64,000 nt of DNA from Octopus vulgaris (GCA_951406725.2 OX597824.1:32426001-32490000); one strand, 5' to 3'; counted from the stretch's first letter, positions 43,457-58,350 are shown. Notes: generated from the letters alone by a model not told the origin. Made by a program: numbers and translations.

Positions 43457-44100
43457 AATATCCACTCATACACTTGCTAAGCACTTTAAATGTCTACTAA
43501 AATTTAGATATATAAAACACCTAGTTTTGTATGTCTTACCATCACATTGACAAGTCGACTCAATAGTTTTCTCACAGGAAAAAAATTATCTTTCTGATAT
43601 CAAATGTTTATCAACCATCTAAGGAACACACACATACACACACAAAAGAAGTAAAAAGAAAACATCACAACACCTTATGTATCACAAAACATTCCAATAA
43701 ATCTTTTAGGCATGAATAAATTAAAATCTATTCACTTGTTGATAACCTTAAGCTGAATATTCACAAGTAGCATGCAATACCATGAATAAGTCGCAAATAA
43801 CAAGGACTACTATTTTATAGGAAATGTAGTGACTTTGGTAGGAAAATTAACAACAATTTAATTTTGTAAAAGATTATAATTGTCCTAAACATCGTTATTA
43901 GATTTATCTAGATTTCATTCATCTTATTTTTTTTTAAAATTATTCATTTAGTCAGTTTAGCTAAAGTGTTATTAACTATTTAGGTTATTTTGAGGTATTC
44001 TTAATTTTCTAGAATTAAATACACTTACAAATGACAATTTAAGAAACTAAATATAAATAGTAACTAATTCCATTGAAAGTAACATAATAAATATCTATAT

Positions 44101-44385
44101 TTTAATAAGCATATCCCTAATTTTTCACTAATATAATTATAGTTTTTTTTAAAATTCTTAGTAAACTTGTTTTGAAACATTTTTCTGGTTATAAAACAAG
44201 ATGACAATAAAGGAAATATATTGCACAGATTTATTAATTATTTAATAAGCATTTCCCTAATTTTTCACTAATGTAATTATAGTTTTTTATAAATTCTTAG
44301 TAAACTTGTTTTGAAACATTTTTCTGGTTATAAAACAAGATGACAATAAAGGAAATATATATTGCACAGATTTATTAATTATTTT
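44101..44385. repeat. Tandem duplication, 2 x about 140 bp
   Basis: taataagcat...gatttattaattattt repeated. Confidence 0.9.
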
Positions 44386-45473
44386 TTTATAGAAATAATA
44401 TAAATGCATTGTGTTGCATTCTAATGTGTAATAGATGAACAAAAACATGGTTGAATATCGAACAAGACCACCACAGCAGTGCATAGATTTGTATATTTAC
44501 ACAAATATTGCCAATAACTAAAACTGGTCACAATATTGATTGACAGATACACAAACAGTAAACAGAAAAGCAACAGTGACTGATAGTTTATAAAACACCC
44601 ATGCTACTAGATTCAATATTTCACCTTCGTTGCAGGGGAAGATGTCATTTATAAAATCTATATATATTTTTTCAAAATAAAACTAAATTATTGAGATTTT
44701 CTTTATTACTGCAAATCTCCAGCCCTGTTAACATTAATTTCTAAAAATCTATATTCTTTTATATTGGAAAAAATTTAATTTATATCAGACTGTTTAGTAA
44801 TTCCTCAAAAAGATTTGTTTGACCACAACAATTATGTCATTTTTAAGAATAAACCCAAAATTACGATGTATATACTTTTTGGAAACTAATATATGCAGTC
44901 AAACAATATTTAAAAGTTGCATTTACCATAAAGACTTATAAGATATTGACACAGACTATAAAATAATCTTTGAATTATTGTTAAGATTACTTACAGGCTT
45001 AATTTTCTAATACTTCTACATTTAATTCTTTTTACCAAAATATTTTTATAAGTTTCACTGTATATCTTTTATTAAATTTCTGTTTTCCGTGAGAAGAACG
45101 ACTGCTTTTATAAATCTTTTTATTTTCTTTACTTTGAATTTTTTGGTTAAATATATCAAGACAATCTGAAGAGTGTCATCTTTTGAAGCATAACTCAACT
45201 CAAGCTACTTTATTTAATCAAATCAATCTGCATGAATGCATTTGTATATTTATGTGTTATGACATTATTTTGCCTGAAGAACTTAAATTTGTCATTTCTG
45301 CTCTTTGTCTGAGAACAGCATTGATTATATACATATATATATTTTTCATTTTTGATATAGGGTAAAAAATTATCAATTTAATAATTAACAAATTTCACCA
45401 AGTACCTTCGGTATGGAAAAAAACAACATTATTGGTAAAAACTTATACAAAAATTTTTTTTATAATTATAAAT

Positions 45474-45676
45474 ATAATTAAGGGTTTAGCAAAAAGTTGC
45501 TTCATCACATACTGAAAATTTAGAAATAGCAGTCAAAAACTGATAATTCTTTTAACTACAGTATAACTCCACAGACTGTGGAGTTATATTGTAGTTAAAA
45601 GAATTTGCGGTTTTTGACTGCTATTTCTAAATTTTCGGTATGTGGTGAAGCAACTTTTTGCTAAACCCTTAATTAT
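45474..45676. repeat. 203-bp near-perfect palindrome
   Basis: 101-bp arms centred on 45575, 6 mismatched positions. Confidence 0.95.
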
Positions 45677-46683
45677 CTTTATATATATATTTTTTTCTAT
45701 ATACACATTCATGCTTATGTACAGTGTCTTATATAATGCTAATATTATTGCACTCATCTAAACTCATAAACAGTTATGTTACTTTAATGATTCTTTCAGC
45801 AACTGAATATTTTAGTATTAAGTTAAACCATAGAATTGATCGATCTGAAGAGAAATAGATTGAAGAGTTAAATGAGGACAGGAGTTTACTCTAGAGTAAA
45901 CTATTTGATGATGATTGAAGAGACTCCTTGTTAAGTGGTGGTGATGAGAGAGGATTTAGCATTCAGTGACTGTGAGGGTGATGACATTAGTGAGAAGGTG
46001 AAAATATCTGAATGCTTGCTCACAATTCAAGAAGTGAGATAACTTGCTGGCTGTGATACAGAAGAAAAACTTTTGCTTTCTTGATGGAAGGTGATCTTAC
46101 AGGCATTGCATTAGGCAGCAAATGTCTTTTAGCTGCTGATGGGATGTGAGAGACATGCAAGTTGATAAGTGTCATCCAGTCAGCTACCTTAGTTGGATAA
46201 GAAACTAATTTGCTGATAAATGTATTCAAAATAGGAATGGCAGAACTTCGTATGGGTAACTGAGGAAGTGTGAAAACAGTTGAGGGTAAGGTTTGTTGTG
46301 TAGTAAAATGATGTGATACATTGGTTAGGCAACAATTAACTTTATTTAGCAATACAATTACAAAATCTGAAATTTATTATATGCTAAATATTTGACTAAG
46401 AAAGTACACATGTTTCTGTAAATACCAGTAGCAGATGAAGCAGCTAAAAGTATAAAATGTAGGATTATAACCATGTGATATTCATTGATACCTCACTGCC
46501 AGTTTATCATACATCTTAAAGGGATAGAGATTTACCTACCACACTATAAATTATTTATAGAATTTAAACTAACAAAAACCTAGTGAAAGCTAACTTACAA
46601 AACACAAGCTTCTTAAGTATAACAATATTTTCCTTCTCAGATTTAACTACATAAACTAATTTGATACACACACAAACACACAA

Positions 46684-47858
<1,175 letters not shown>

Positions 47859-48746
47859 AATGTATTAGGAGGTTTGGAGATGAAGTACAGGTATCATATA
47901 TTAGAAGAAATAAGGTACTCAGAAATCTGGATGGTTTTATATTTACAGATATTTATTAATATGGCACATGTTTTTATAAATCATATGATAGTGCTTGCAT
48001 CCACTCTAGTGGAAGACTCCAGTAGAGTGGATGCAAGCAATTTTAATGCAGGGCTATCCTCAGCTGCATAAATAAATAAACATAATTTTTTAATCAGTTG
48101 GACACATTAATATAATTATATAAGTTTACTTAAATACTCTAATAGAGTAAGAAGGCAAGAAAGGTCCATACTGCCAGTACTTCAGCTTAGAAGCTACTAT
48201 ATATATATATATATATCTTAGAACTATATTTCTTTCACAAGTGTCTTGTATTGGAATTTACCCAATTACATTGAATCAACAAAATTGCATCAGTTACCAG
48301 GTTATAGATGTGTACCAAAACTTTTTACACTAATAAAAATAATCATATTATAAAAACAAGCCAAATATGAGTGCATCAGGCTTTGTTTGTTAACTGGCTA
48401 AAATGAATTTTCCATAAAATTATTGATTATAGGTGTGCATAAGCTTATGAATGTATGCATGTATGTTTGTATTCGTAAATGCATGTATGAATATTTATTT
48501 ATGTGGATAGGTCTATATATGTATGTGTGTGTGCATGCATATTTAGGTATACATACATAAATACTTATTATTAAATATGTGACTGATATAGAGATTCTCT
48601 GTATGACCTAGATTACAGTACCTTGTAACATTTCTCCTAAATGCTGGTACCTTATCAAGAATTGTACGGTTATTATTTTCTTTTTTATTTCTTCCTGCTC
48701 ATATATGTTCTGCTAGTACTGTGGTATTATTCAGATGTTTATTATA

Positions 48747-50036
48747 CGAGGGACGTTCAATAAGTAATGCCTCTGACCCACTTGCAGTTGTTTGATCTAG
48801 CTGAACTTTTGCATGTGCAATCATTTATATCTCTATAGAGTAAGTGGCAAATTACAGCTCTGAATTAATTGTGGTTTCTGATTTACAGGTGTTTGAACCG
48901 AGTCAAGTGTGAAATGGAGCCTGTTGAGTGTCGAGCAGTGATCCGGTTTTTGTATTTAAAAGGACGCACACCACAGGAGACTTTTGATGAAATGAAAGTA
49001 ACTTATGGTGATGATGCCCCATCATATAACCTTGTAAAACGCTGGCATCGTGAATTCAAACATGGTCGGAATTCTGTGGAAACAGCTCCCAGATCTGGTC
49101 ACCCCTTCTGCCATTGATGAGGCATCTGTCCGTCAAGTTGAGGCTGCCATTTTGGAAGATCGACGCATAATTATTCGCCAAATAGCCCATGAGGTCAAGA
49201 TTAGTACCGGATCTGTGGGAACTATCATTCATGACCATTTGCATATGCAAAAGGTGTCTGCTAGATGGATTCCCAAGTTGCTCACGCCTTTCCAGAAGCA
49301 AGAATGCGTCGAGTGCTCGAGGGTGAATTTGGAGATGTGCCAAGAAGATGAGTCAAAATTTTTCAAAAGACTGATTACACAGGATGAAACCTGGGTCCAT
49401 CACGATGATCCAGAGACCAAAGCCCAGTCAATGTAATGGAAGCACCGTGACTCACCCCCTCCAAAGAAGGCAAGGGTGCAGCCCTCTGCTGGCAAGGTCA
49501 TGCTCACAGTCTTCTGGGACCAGGACGGAGTAGTGATGACAGATTTCCTGGCAAAGGGTACCACAATTGCAGGAGCCTATTATGCTTCACTTTTGAGGAA
49601 ATTAAGAGAAGTTATCAAAATCAAGAGGCGGGGCAAGATCAGCAAAGGCATCCTCCTCCTGCAGGACAACGCTCCGGTCCACAACTCACTTGTCGCCAGA
49701 TCAGAAGCACAGGCGTATGGCTATGAACTCCTCCCCCATCCCCCTACTTTCCTGACCTTGCACCCTCTGATTTTCACCTCTTCCCAGTCATGAAGTTGTT
49801 TTTGAAAGGAAAGCGTTTCCCAGATGATGCAGCCTTGATTTCTGAAGTCACGTTCAGGTTGGAGGACCAAGCTGGGGTCTTCTACAAAACCGGTCTCCAG
49901 AGCTGCATCAAGCAATGGGAGAAATGCGTAACTCTGGGTGGTTCCTATGTAGAAAAAGACTAATAACTGTGCCAAGTTTCGTTGCTCTACTGCTATGGGA
50001 AGTGGGTCAGGGGCATTACTTATTGAATGCCCTTCG
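48747..50036 (+). mobile_element. Full-length mariner DNA transposon (irritans/Himar-like), about 1290 bp
   Basis: TIRs CGAGGGACGTTCAATAAGTAATGCCTCTGACCCACTT / reverse complement CGAAGGGCATTCAATAAGTAATGCCCCTGACCCACTT; TA on both sides. Confidence 0.95.
48914..49963 (+). pseudogene. Mariner transposase pseudogene
   Basis: MEPVECRAVIRFL..., WIPKLL, DETWVHH, QDNAPVH, PDLAPSDFHLF; frameshifts near 49100 and 49741, stop at 49434-49436. Confidence 0.93.
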
Positions 50037-51055
50037 TAGGATAAGTGCAATTTTAAAACATTTTCACCAGCACAATTGATACTGATACTGTTTAGGAGAA
50101 TTTATAAAGTTTGCAAACACACAGAGACATACACACTCACAAATATATATATATATATATATATATATTAGTTGTCTACTTCTTATGCAGAGTTTTACTA
50201 CCTCCTGTAGCAATATCTTAGGACCATCATGGCATCTCACATAGCTTTTTAAACCAGACAATGTTTTGAAAAGACATTCACATAGATTGCATATCCCATC
50301 TGGACCACTAAGAACTGCAAATAAATTCTGGTATTTGTGGATCTTCAAATGTCTTTTGTGGCCTATGTACACACTTGTGCTCACCTTATAGTAGGTATGT
50401 ATCTAAATTTTATATGACTCTTACTCTATCTTTTAGTACCCCATGTACTTTCTTCCTCTTTACTCACACATTTCTTGGCCCTCTCATTCTTTAACTCCCT
50501 CATTTATCTCCCCTGTACCTTTCACTTTGGTTTATTTAATCCTCTAATCCCACTGCCCCCTACCCCTCTCTCCCTCTCCCATGTGATCAGTATCTGGCCA
50601 GGCATGATCTTTCTTTCTTGGCCTGACTGCCGACTGCCAACACCTCTTATGTCCATCTCCTATGTTCCTGCCTTTAGGCTTTCACTTGATACAAGCCAGT
50701 TCAAATTGATTCATTCTCAGTCGAAAGACACCTGTTGTTATTTTCTTGTTGTTTGTATTTGTAATTGTGTACCATGTTCTACGTTCTCTGTATTTGTTGT
50801 TGTACACATTCACTAGCTTTCTTACAAAAAAAATCTAATGCTCATAGCTTAGACTTTTTTGGGTGCAACCAGATGAACTGTCTCAAGTGTAACTGCCTGA
50901 AACAGTAAGGACTTCTGGTAACTTGACTGAGGATAGAAGGCCATGAATGACCAGTCTTTGCTTTTGCAAGTCCTTCTAATTGTTGTTTCTCCTGTTTGCC
51001 TTTGCATCATCTATCTGTCCAAATGTTTTATTGTCTTCTATTGCGTTTTTGTTCC

Positions 51056-51093
<38 letters not shown>

Positions 51094-51094
<1 letters not shown>

Positions 51095-51311
51095 GAAGGG
51101 TTGATGAAAATTCCTGGTTTTAAAGGTATCCACAAAAAGGCCTGGCTGGAGGCCCATCCTTGTGAGTTCTTTTACAGGGCTTAGAGAAACTGAGAGATCG
51201 CTGCAATAAGTGTGTGAATCTAAGAGGCGAATATGTGGAATAAAATCAGAATTAACCAATCTGCCTGTATTTTCTTTTACCCAAACCCAGGAACTTTCCA
51301 TCACCACCTCG
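51094..51311 (+). mobile_element. Mariner-derived MITE, about 218 bp, inserted in (TA)n
   Basis: Imperfect TIRs CGAAGGGTTGATGAAAATTCCTGG / CCAGGAACTTTCCATCACCACCTCG; retains transposase C-terminus GLEKLRDRCNKCVNLRGEYVE*. Confidence 0.85.
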
Positions 51312-52969
51312 TATATATATATATATATATATATAAAACGACCCAGTATATACAGTTGAACCAACTACTTTTGTATGAATGTAGGTTCATTGACTCATTA
51401 GAAAAATGTGTGTCCAGAGCAGATAACACCCATCAATTATAAATAAGATCATGTTTGGGTTTCCTCTTCATATATTTTGCATTCGTTTCATGCTAAATAC
51501 TGAGTAATATTTTCGATGGAAATCACTGAACTATTTTATTTAAAAGAATTTGGTATCTTAGAGTATTTTTCTTGAATATTTGTTCAAAATGGTTAATTTT
51601 TGGTTTTCTCTTAACCTCTCACAGAAAGAAAGTAGTTAATGAATTACTGTGTTTTGAAATTGTTAAATTGTTTTGGAAAGGAAAATTATAGATCTTGGTT
51701 ATGAATCTAATGCCAATGGCTATGTTATTACTTTGGATGGGGGTACCATATTCTTAATTTATGAGAAAATATTTCTTAATATTTTCCACTTTTAATGTTG
51801 TGGCTATAATATACCTATCAAGTTTTTTATTGCAGAAGATTCTTGCCTATTTGTATTAGAATAAAACAAATATCTTACCAAATAAAAACAGAGGAATTGT
51901 CTAAATTATGTATACATTCTTTAGTTTATGTAGTAAAATAATTTGTTTCAATAGTTTAAAATGTTTAGAAAGGTAATATTTTAAAAATTTGTTCATAGCT
52001 TTATTAATTTAGAAATACTATTGAAAAAACATCTTGATGAACATTGTAACTACTAGAACTCAGTGTACAATCCACTGGAAATGATGTTCCCATCTTAAAT
52101 AGTAAAGGCCTTAAGTTTAAATAGAAAAAACAATCAATATGAAACCACATTTTAATAAACATTTTCAAAGTGCATCAAAAGGACTAATGTATAATAACTA
52201 TACCAGTTTCCTTGTGTTATTTGACTGAAAAAAAGAAAGAAGACACAAATAGAAAAACAAAAGGAATTACTACTTTCCTGAAGATACTTAGGATGAATTT
52301 ACCCTATGGTAGAGATTTCAATTTTATCTTTTTTATTTGGTTTGTATAAAGACAGTAACAAAATTATAGAATAGAATTGTAGTTTTGAAGAAAATATTAA
52401 AAAATATAGTACAAAGATGACTATCCTTGTTAACATATTTTAAATTCAAATACACATAATAAATTTTAAGTTATCTAATTAGTATTGGTATAATTATTAT
52501 GAGTATTCTAAAATGTAACTGCTTTTAATATGCAAATGTATTAAAAGCTTAAGCTAGAATATAGCAGAGAATTTGATAAGTATTTCATGAATAATATTTT
52601 CATAAATGTATAACTATATCTTCCTATATTAATAATTTATCTGCTAAATCTGACAGTATAACTGATTTTATTTGAATATGTAATTCTAATTGATGAGTAT
52701 AAATATTTAAAGATTAACATGTGTTGAAGTGTTTTGAGGTGAAAAGTTTTATAGGGACTGAAAACAAAACAAAAAACAATATTTATGATAGACTAAAGGA
52801 ATATTCACAGTCGAGAAATGATAACAAGAGATGATTACAAAAGGATTTTTTCCCCCCAACAGTATATTCCATTAAAAAACTTTTTTTTTAAATTGTGAGT
52901 TCTGTTTAAAATTGCAGCAAACTGACATTCTTGAAAGCTAATTAAAGTGTTAATTGATTTGCTACTTAC

Positions 52970-53190
52970 TGTGTGAACGCCACAAGGAAATCACATACAA
53001 CATCTCGTTGTCCCTTGGTGAGAGAGCGGCACTTTGTATATCTGTACACGGTATTCAAAGTGTTGTCCATCAAGGCAGATACATGGTCAGCATCTCTAAA
53101 GAAGTGACAGTGGGCAGTCATCAAGGGTAGGACGGAGTTACATAAGTATCTGTTAAGTGCCAATGCCATATCACTTTCATCTGGGGTGAC
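52970..53190 (-). CDS. RyR: RyR exon: VTPDESDMALALNRYLCNSVLPL...GQRDVVCDFLVAFT
   Basis: aag/gtaagt, 221 nt, phase 0->2. Confidence 0.95.
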
Positions 53191-53389
53191 CTTAAAAACA
53201 AATATCAGTTAATATGTTAATTTTGATTGGGTGAATTTTTAATAATTAAATTAATAACTAATTAAAATTGAGTGCATTTTTAATAACTATTAACAACTCT
53301 ATTGACACATATAACATTTCAACTCAAAAAGTCTCCAGGCATTAGACATCAATTTAAGGATTAAATTTGTAAAGTTTATATCAATTAGT

Positions 53390-53710
53390 GAAGGTGCATG
53401 GCTCAGTGGTTAGAGCATCAAGCTTATGATTGTGAGGTTGTGAGTTCAAATCCTGGACCAGGCTGTGTGTTGAGTTCTTGAGCAAGACACTTTATTTCAC
53501 ATTGCTCCAGTTCACTTAGCTGTAGAAATGAGTTGCGACATCACAGGTGCCAAGCTGTATCGGCCCCTTTGCCTTTCCCTTGGATAACATCAGTGAGAGG
53601 GGAGGCTGGTATGCATGGGCGACTGCTGGTCTTCCATAAACAACCTTGCCCGAAAGGGTAACTTTCCAGGTGCAATCCCATGGTCAGTAATGACCAATGG
53701 CGGTGTCTCT
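53390..53710 (+). mobile_element. tRNA-derived SINE, sibling of 40367-40702
   Basis: tggctcagtggttagag / gagttcaaatcc boxes and shared body. Confidence 0.8.
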
Positions 53711-54537
53711 TTTATATCAATTAGGATAAACTATGAAGGGGCAAATAAACTCAGTTTCAACATTATTTGCAGTAAACAACAAAAAACTGGTCTGCAATAC
53801 TGTATGTGTTAATATAAATACCAAGATCCAACATGACTACAGTTGCCACCGTCAACATCATCATTTTCAAACTTGATTTTAAAATTTCAAATAAACTTAA
53901 TCAGTAAAAACTCAAGTAAATTTAATCAATAAAAATTTCTCCAAAACACCTCTCCCTAACAACCTACCCTGAAAATTAACTGTCACTCCACTCAAACCCA
54001 CATATCCTAAGAAGCTTTTAACTCAACAAAAACTATATAAAGCTAAGATTAACTTCTATGCAACACAGTTCAATGATGGCTTAACTGGCCAAAACTTCAA
54101 AGGCCATGTCAATAATGTTTTTGTTTAAGAATAATGAATGTGTTCTGTACAAAAGCATAGAATAACCCATGAGATTAATGTAAAATTGTTTTATTATTAC
54201 TAAGCCTCATGTTTAGTGACATTTTGTCTGTCTTTATGTTCTGAGCTCAAATTCTGCCAAGGCTGACTTTGCTTTTCATCCTTTCGGGGTTGATAAAATA
54301 AGTACCAGTCACGCACTGGGGTTGATGTAATGGACTTCCCCATTCCCCTGAAATTGATGGGTTTGTGCCAAATTTTGAAACCATTATAACTAAACCGAAA
54401 AAAAACAAACATTAACACTATGTATATGCATACATACACGCAAACACACACACACAAATATAGGGAGAGATATATAGAGAAATAGATCTCCCCTAGTGTA
54501 AGATGATGAGTAATTGAAAAGTAACAATTATACTTAC

Positions 54538-54701
54538 TGTATCCAATGACGTTGCTGCTCGAAGATCAGGTAGGAAACCATCTTCTAGTAATCTGAAGAA
54601 AACTGTTCGATCTGGTATTCCATAGACTCTTTCCAAAAACAGCACAATGGCTGCTTTATGTGTGGGTACCAATCCAGGTGGTAGAGGAACTGGTACTCCT
54701 T
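54538..54701 (-). CDS. RyR: RyR exon: [29 protein letters not shown]...[13 protein letters not shown]
   Basis: cag/gtaagt, 164 nt, phase 1->0. Confidence 0.95.
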
Positions 54702-54844
54702 CTGTTAAACAAAGAAATATATAACAAAATATAGATTTGATATTTAATAAATTGTGCATGAATCTGAAAGGGTGAGTATGTGTGTGTGTGTGCATGTGCA
54801 CAGGCATACACTGTAGACACTCAAACTCTTATGCACACAAACAC

Positions 54845-54887
<43 letters not shown>

Positions 54888-55224
54888 TGAATACACACAC
54901 GCGCACACACATCTGCAGAGTAAATTTTAGCCTCTTTAAACATTTTCGAAAAGAGAACAATTAACCCATTGGTTGGAACTGAATAGCTAAAAATGTTAAC
55001 CTTAATAAACACATCCTTGCATGTATAGCTGCATACATACACACACATGCCTTCATTGATGCATCCATACGTACATATATAAATACATGTGCATACATGC
55101 AGACATACATTATATCACTTAATATCTAAGTAGTATTCTGAGGGTTTCATGCAAATGTGTACATTGCAAAACCAATTTTTAAGTGAAACAGTGGAAATAT
55201 ACAAGACTTTTTCTTAAATATAGA

Positions 55225-55480
55225 GGAGGTGCGTGGCTTAGTGGTTAGGGTGTCAGCATCATGATCGTAAGATTGTGGTTTCGATTCCTGGACCAGGTGA
55301 CACATTGTGTTCTTGAGCAAAGCACTTCATTTCACGTTGCTCCAGTCCACTCAGCTGGCAAAAATGAGTAATGCTGTGATGGACTGGCGCCCAATCCACC
55401 TGGGGAACACATATGCCATTGAAATCGGGAAACTGAGCCCATGAGCCTGACTAGGCTTTAAAAGGGTACGTTTATTATTT
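55225..55480 (+). mobile_element. tRNA-derived SINE
   Basis: tggcttagtggttagg / ggtttcgattcc boxes; shares gttcttgagcaa...gttgctccagt body with the above. Confidence 0.78.
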
Positions 55481-56415
55481 TATTATTTTCTAAAATATGA
55501 GGATAAATTTCCTTGCTGGATGGGGATTACATAATGCTGAGAAGTATTTATGCTATGGGTTCTTTTAGATGTGATGCTTGAGAGCATCCATAGTGGGTTC
55601 ATCTTTTTGTAATTATCCATTAGCGTTAGGAAGGGCATCTGGCGTTAGGAAGGGCATCCAGCTGTAGAAACACTGCCAGATCAGACTGGAGCCTGGTGCA
55701 GCCTTCTGGCTTCCCAGATCCCTGGTCGAACCGTCCAACCCATGCTAGCATGGAGAATGGACGTTAAACGATGATGATGATGATGATGATGATGAACAGT
55801 CATCCAGGCCCACATGTGAAGGTAATATATATCAACTCATTATATCAACTCATTTATTAATATTGACTCGTTTATTATATCAGCTCACTTATTATATCGA
55901 CTCGTTTATTATATCAACTCCAATATTCAATTGCTATTTATTTTATTGATCTTGTCAGAGGCAGTCTAAGCAAAGTCAACATTCATAAGCAAGGAAGCAG
56001 AATGTTAAGTGCTATAATCAAACACTGCAAGATATTTTGGCCAAAGCTTTTAAAATTCTACTGATCCATCGTAAAGATATCATCATCATCATCATCCTTT
56101 AACGTCCATTTTACCATATTTGCATCAGTCTGTTGGAATTTATTGATGCAGATTTTCTACAGCCAGATGCCTTTCCTGTCTCCAACCCTCACCTATTTCC
56201 AAGCAAGGTAATATTTTCCTAATGCAAGACATGCTTTTCAGGGAAAAGGATGTTGATGATGCTTATTTGCAGACATCACTTGATGTCTAGACAAGGCTAT
56301 GCACAAGAACACACACATGTATGTATGTATGTGTGTACGTACGTACGTACATACATACATACACACACACACACATACATACATACATACATACATACAT
56401 ACATACATACATACA

Positions 56416-56451
<36 letters not shown>

Positions 56452-56787
56452 TATGATAGGCTTCTTTCAGTTTCCATGTGCCAAATCCATGCACAAGGCT
56501 TTGATTTTCCAGACACTATAGTAAAAAGTGCTTGCCTAAGGTGCCATACAGTGGAACTGAACCCAAGACCACATGCTTTGATACAACCATGCCAGTGCCA
56601 TGACTGATATTATTTACATTGGTGGATTTGACATTGAATATTGTTCTAACACAAAGATTATAGTATTAAAGAGGAAATCACTCAAGGAATTGAAGAGTTC
56701 TGGTAGATTTTAAAATTTATCTTAAAGATAATACTGAAATTGGTGAAAATGTGTTAAAATGAAAGAACATATTGTGTTTGAAAGTAC

Positions 56788-57041
56788 CTTCGTATTGCCC
56801 AAATCCTGATGGTAAAATGAATCGGAGTCCTAATACACCTTCAAGGTCTTCCATTGACACCAAACTCCGAAGAATAGCACGGGCTCTCAAAGAATTGCTT
56901 CGTCCAGCTTTAAGGGTCTCAGCATCAGGAGCACAGCGTCCCAATAAATCAACCAAACTGGAGTAGAAGTTGAGGATTGCACATCCCATGTCTATGTAGT
57001 CTTCATCATCATCAGCTGGTAGAGTTGTAAAATCATATTTA
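56788..57041 (-). CDS. RyR: RyR exon: [39 protein letters not shown]...GFGQYE
   Basis: cag/gtactt, 254 nt, phase 2->1. Confidence 0.95.
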
Positions 57042-57194
57042 CTGAAAGAAAGAAAAAATAAATTCTCTAATGAAGCCAAGTATTAAAATGATTCCGTTTG
57101 AAAGTTATTTATATACAGGGATGTTTTTTAAAGTGGGTTCCATGAAAATATTTCGAGGTTCCATGTTGAAATTTCATAAAAATGTATTTTATAT

Positions 57195-57410
57195 ATTTCT
57201 TTACTACCCACATGGGGCTAAACACAGACGGGACAAACGGATTAAGTCGATTACATCAACCCCAGTGCATAACTGGTACTTAATTTATCGACCCCGAAAG
57301 GATGAAAGGCAAAGTCGACCTTGACGGAATTTGAGCTCAGAATGTAACAGCAGATGAAATACGGCTATGCAATTTGCCCGGCGTGCTAATGTTTCTGCCA
57401 GCTCGCCGGC
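57195..57410 (-). mobile_element. SINE, same family as 21467-21691
   Basis: Direct sequence similarity. Confidence 0.75.
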
Positions 57411-58049
57411 TATAAAAATGTATTTTATAAGTAAAAGTTGGAATTACATCCTAGAGTCAGGGGTTGTCCATAAAAACAGGAATGGGTTCAATGATTTTTG
57501 GAATATCAAATAAAAGTTCTTTCACCAAATATGTTTGGGTCCACAGTTTGTAAAGTGTATTGATGACATCAGAAAAAATTTTTAAACTTTGAGAGATTTA
57601 GAATAATTAATTTTTGACTGTCCAACTCAAAGTAGACAAAACTGCAAATGATAGTATGTGAAAATCCTCAGCAGTTTTGACTTTCTCTATTGAAAGAGTT
57701 GTTTTGACTACAGATTTACATGCTGTTATTTGAGTTGCATGGTTAAGAATGAATAGTTTCATGTCTCTAGAATTTTAAAAAGTCCCTATGATATAAATGA
57801 TATACCGTTTTTGATTGCAAGAACAAAGCGTCTAGAAGGAATAGAGTATATGTTCTTGTTTTTGATGAGTAAATTCTTTCTTCAAAATAAATTTTGTTTC
57901 ATTTAATATTTTATTAAAATTATGGCTGGGAGTTGTCCCTAAAAATAGGAATGAGTTTGTTTTTTGACAAAATATATTTGAGAACCATTAGTCTGAATGT
58001 TGTAATGTTACTATAGTGATAGTTATAAACACTAATTTGTATGTCTTCT

Positions 58050-58085
<36 letters not shown>

Positions 58086-58350
58086 GGGAGAGAGAGAGAG
58101 AGAGAGAGAAGAGTTGCCAATTTCATTCATACTGATATATTACAAAAGCATAAAATGAATTCAGTACTATATTGTATATACATATTATATATAAATGTTC
58201 TGCATGCAAAAGTTATATTTGAGAAATTTTCTAGTGTCATTATATATGGCTGAGGAGGATATTATGAAAGAACTATCTTACATAACTACTCAAAACACAT
58301 ATATTAAATGCATTCAAAATATCAAAATTTCAACATTTGTTTTTTGTCTG

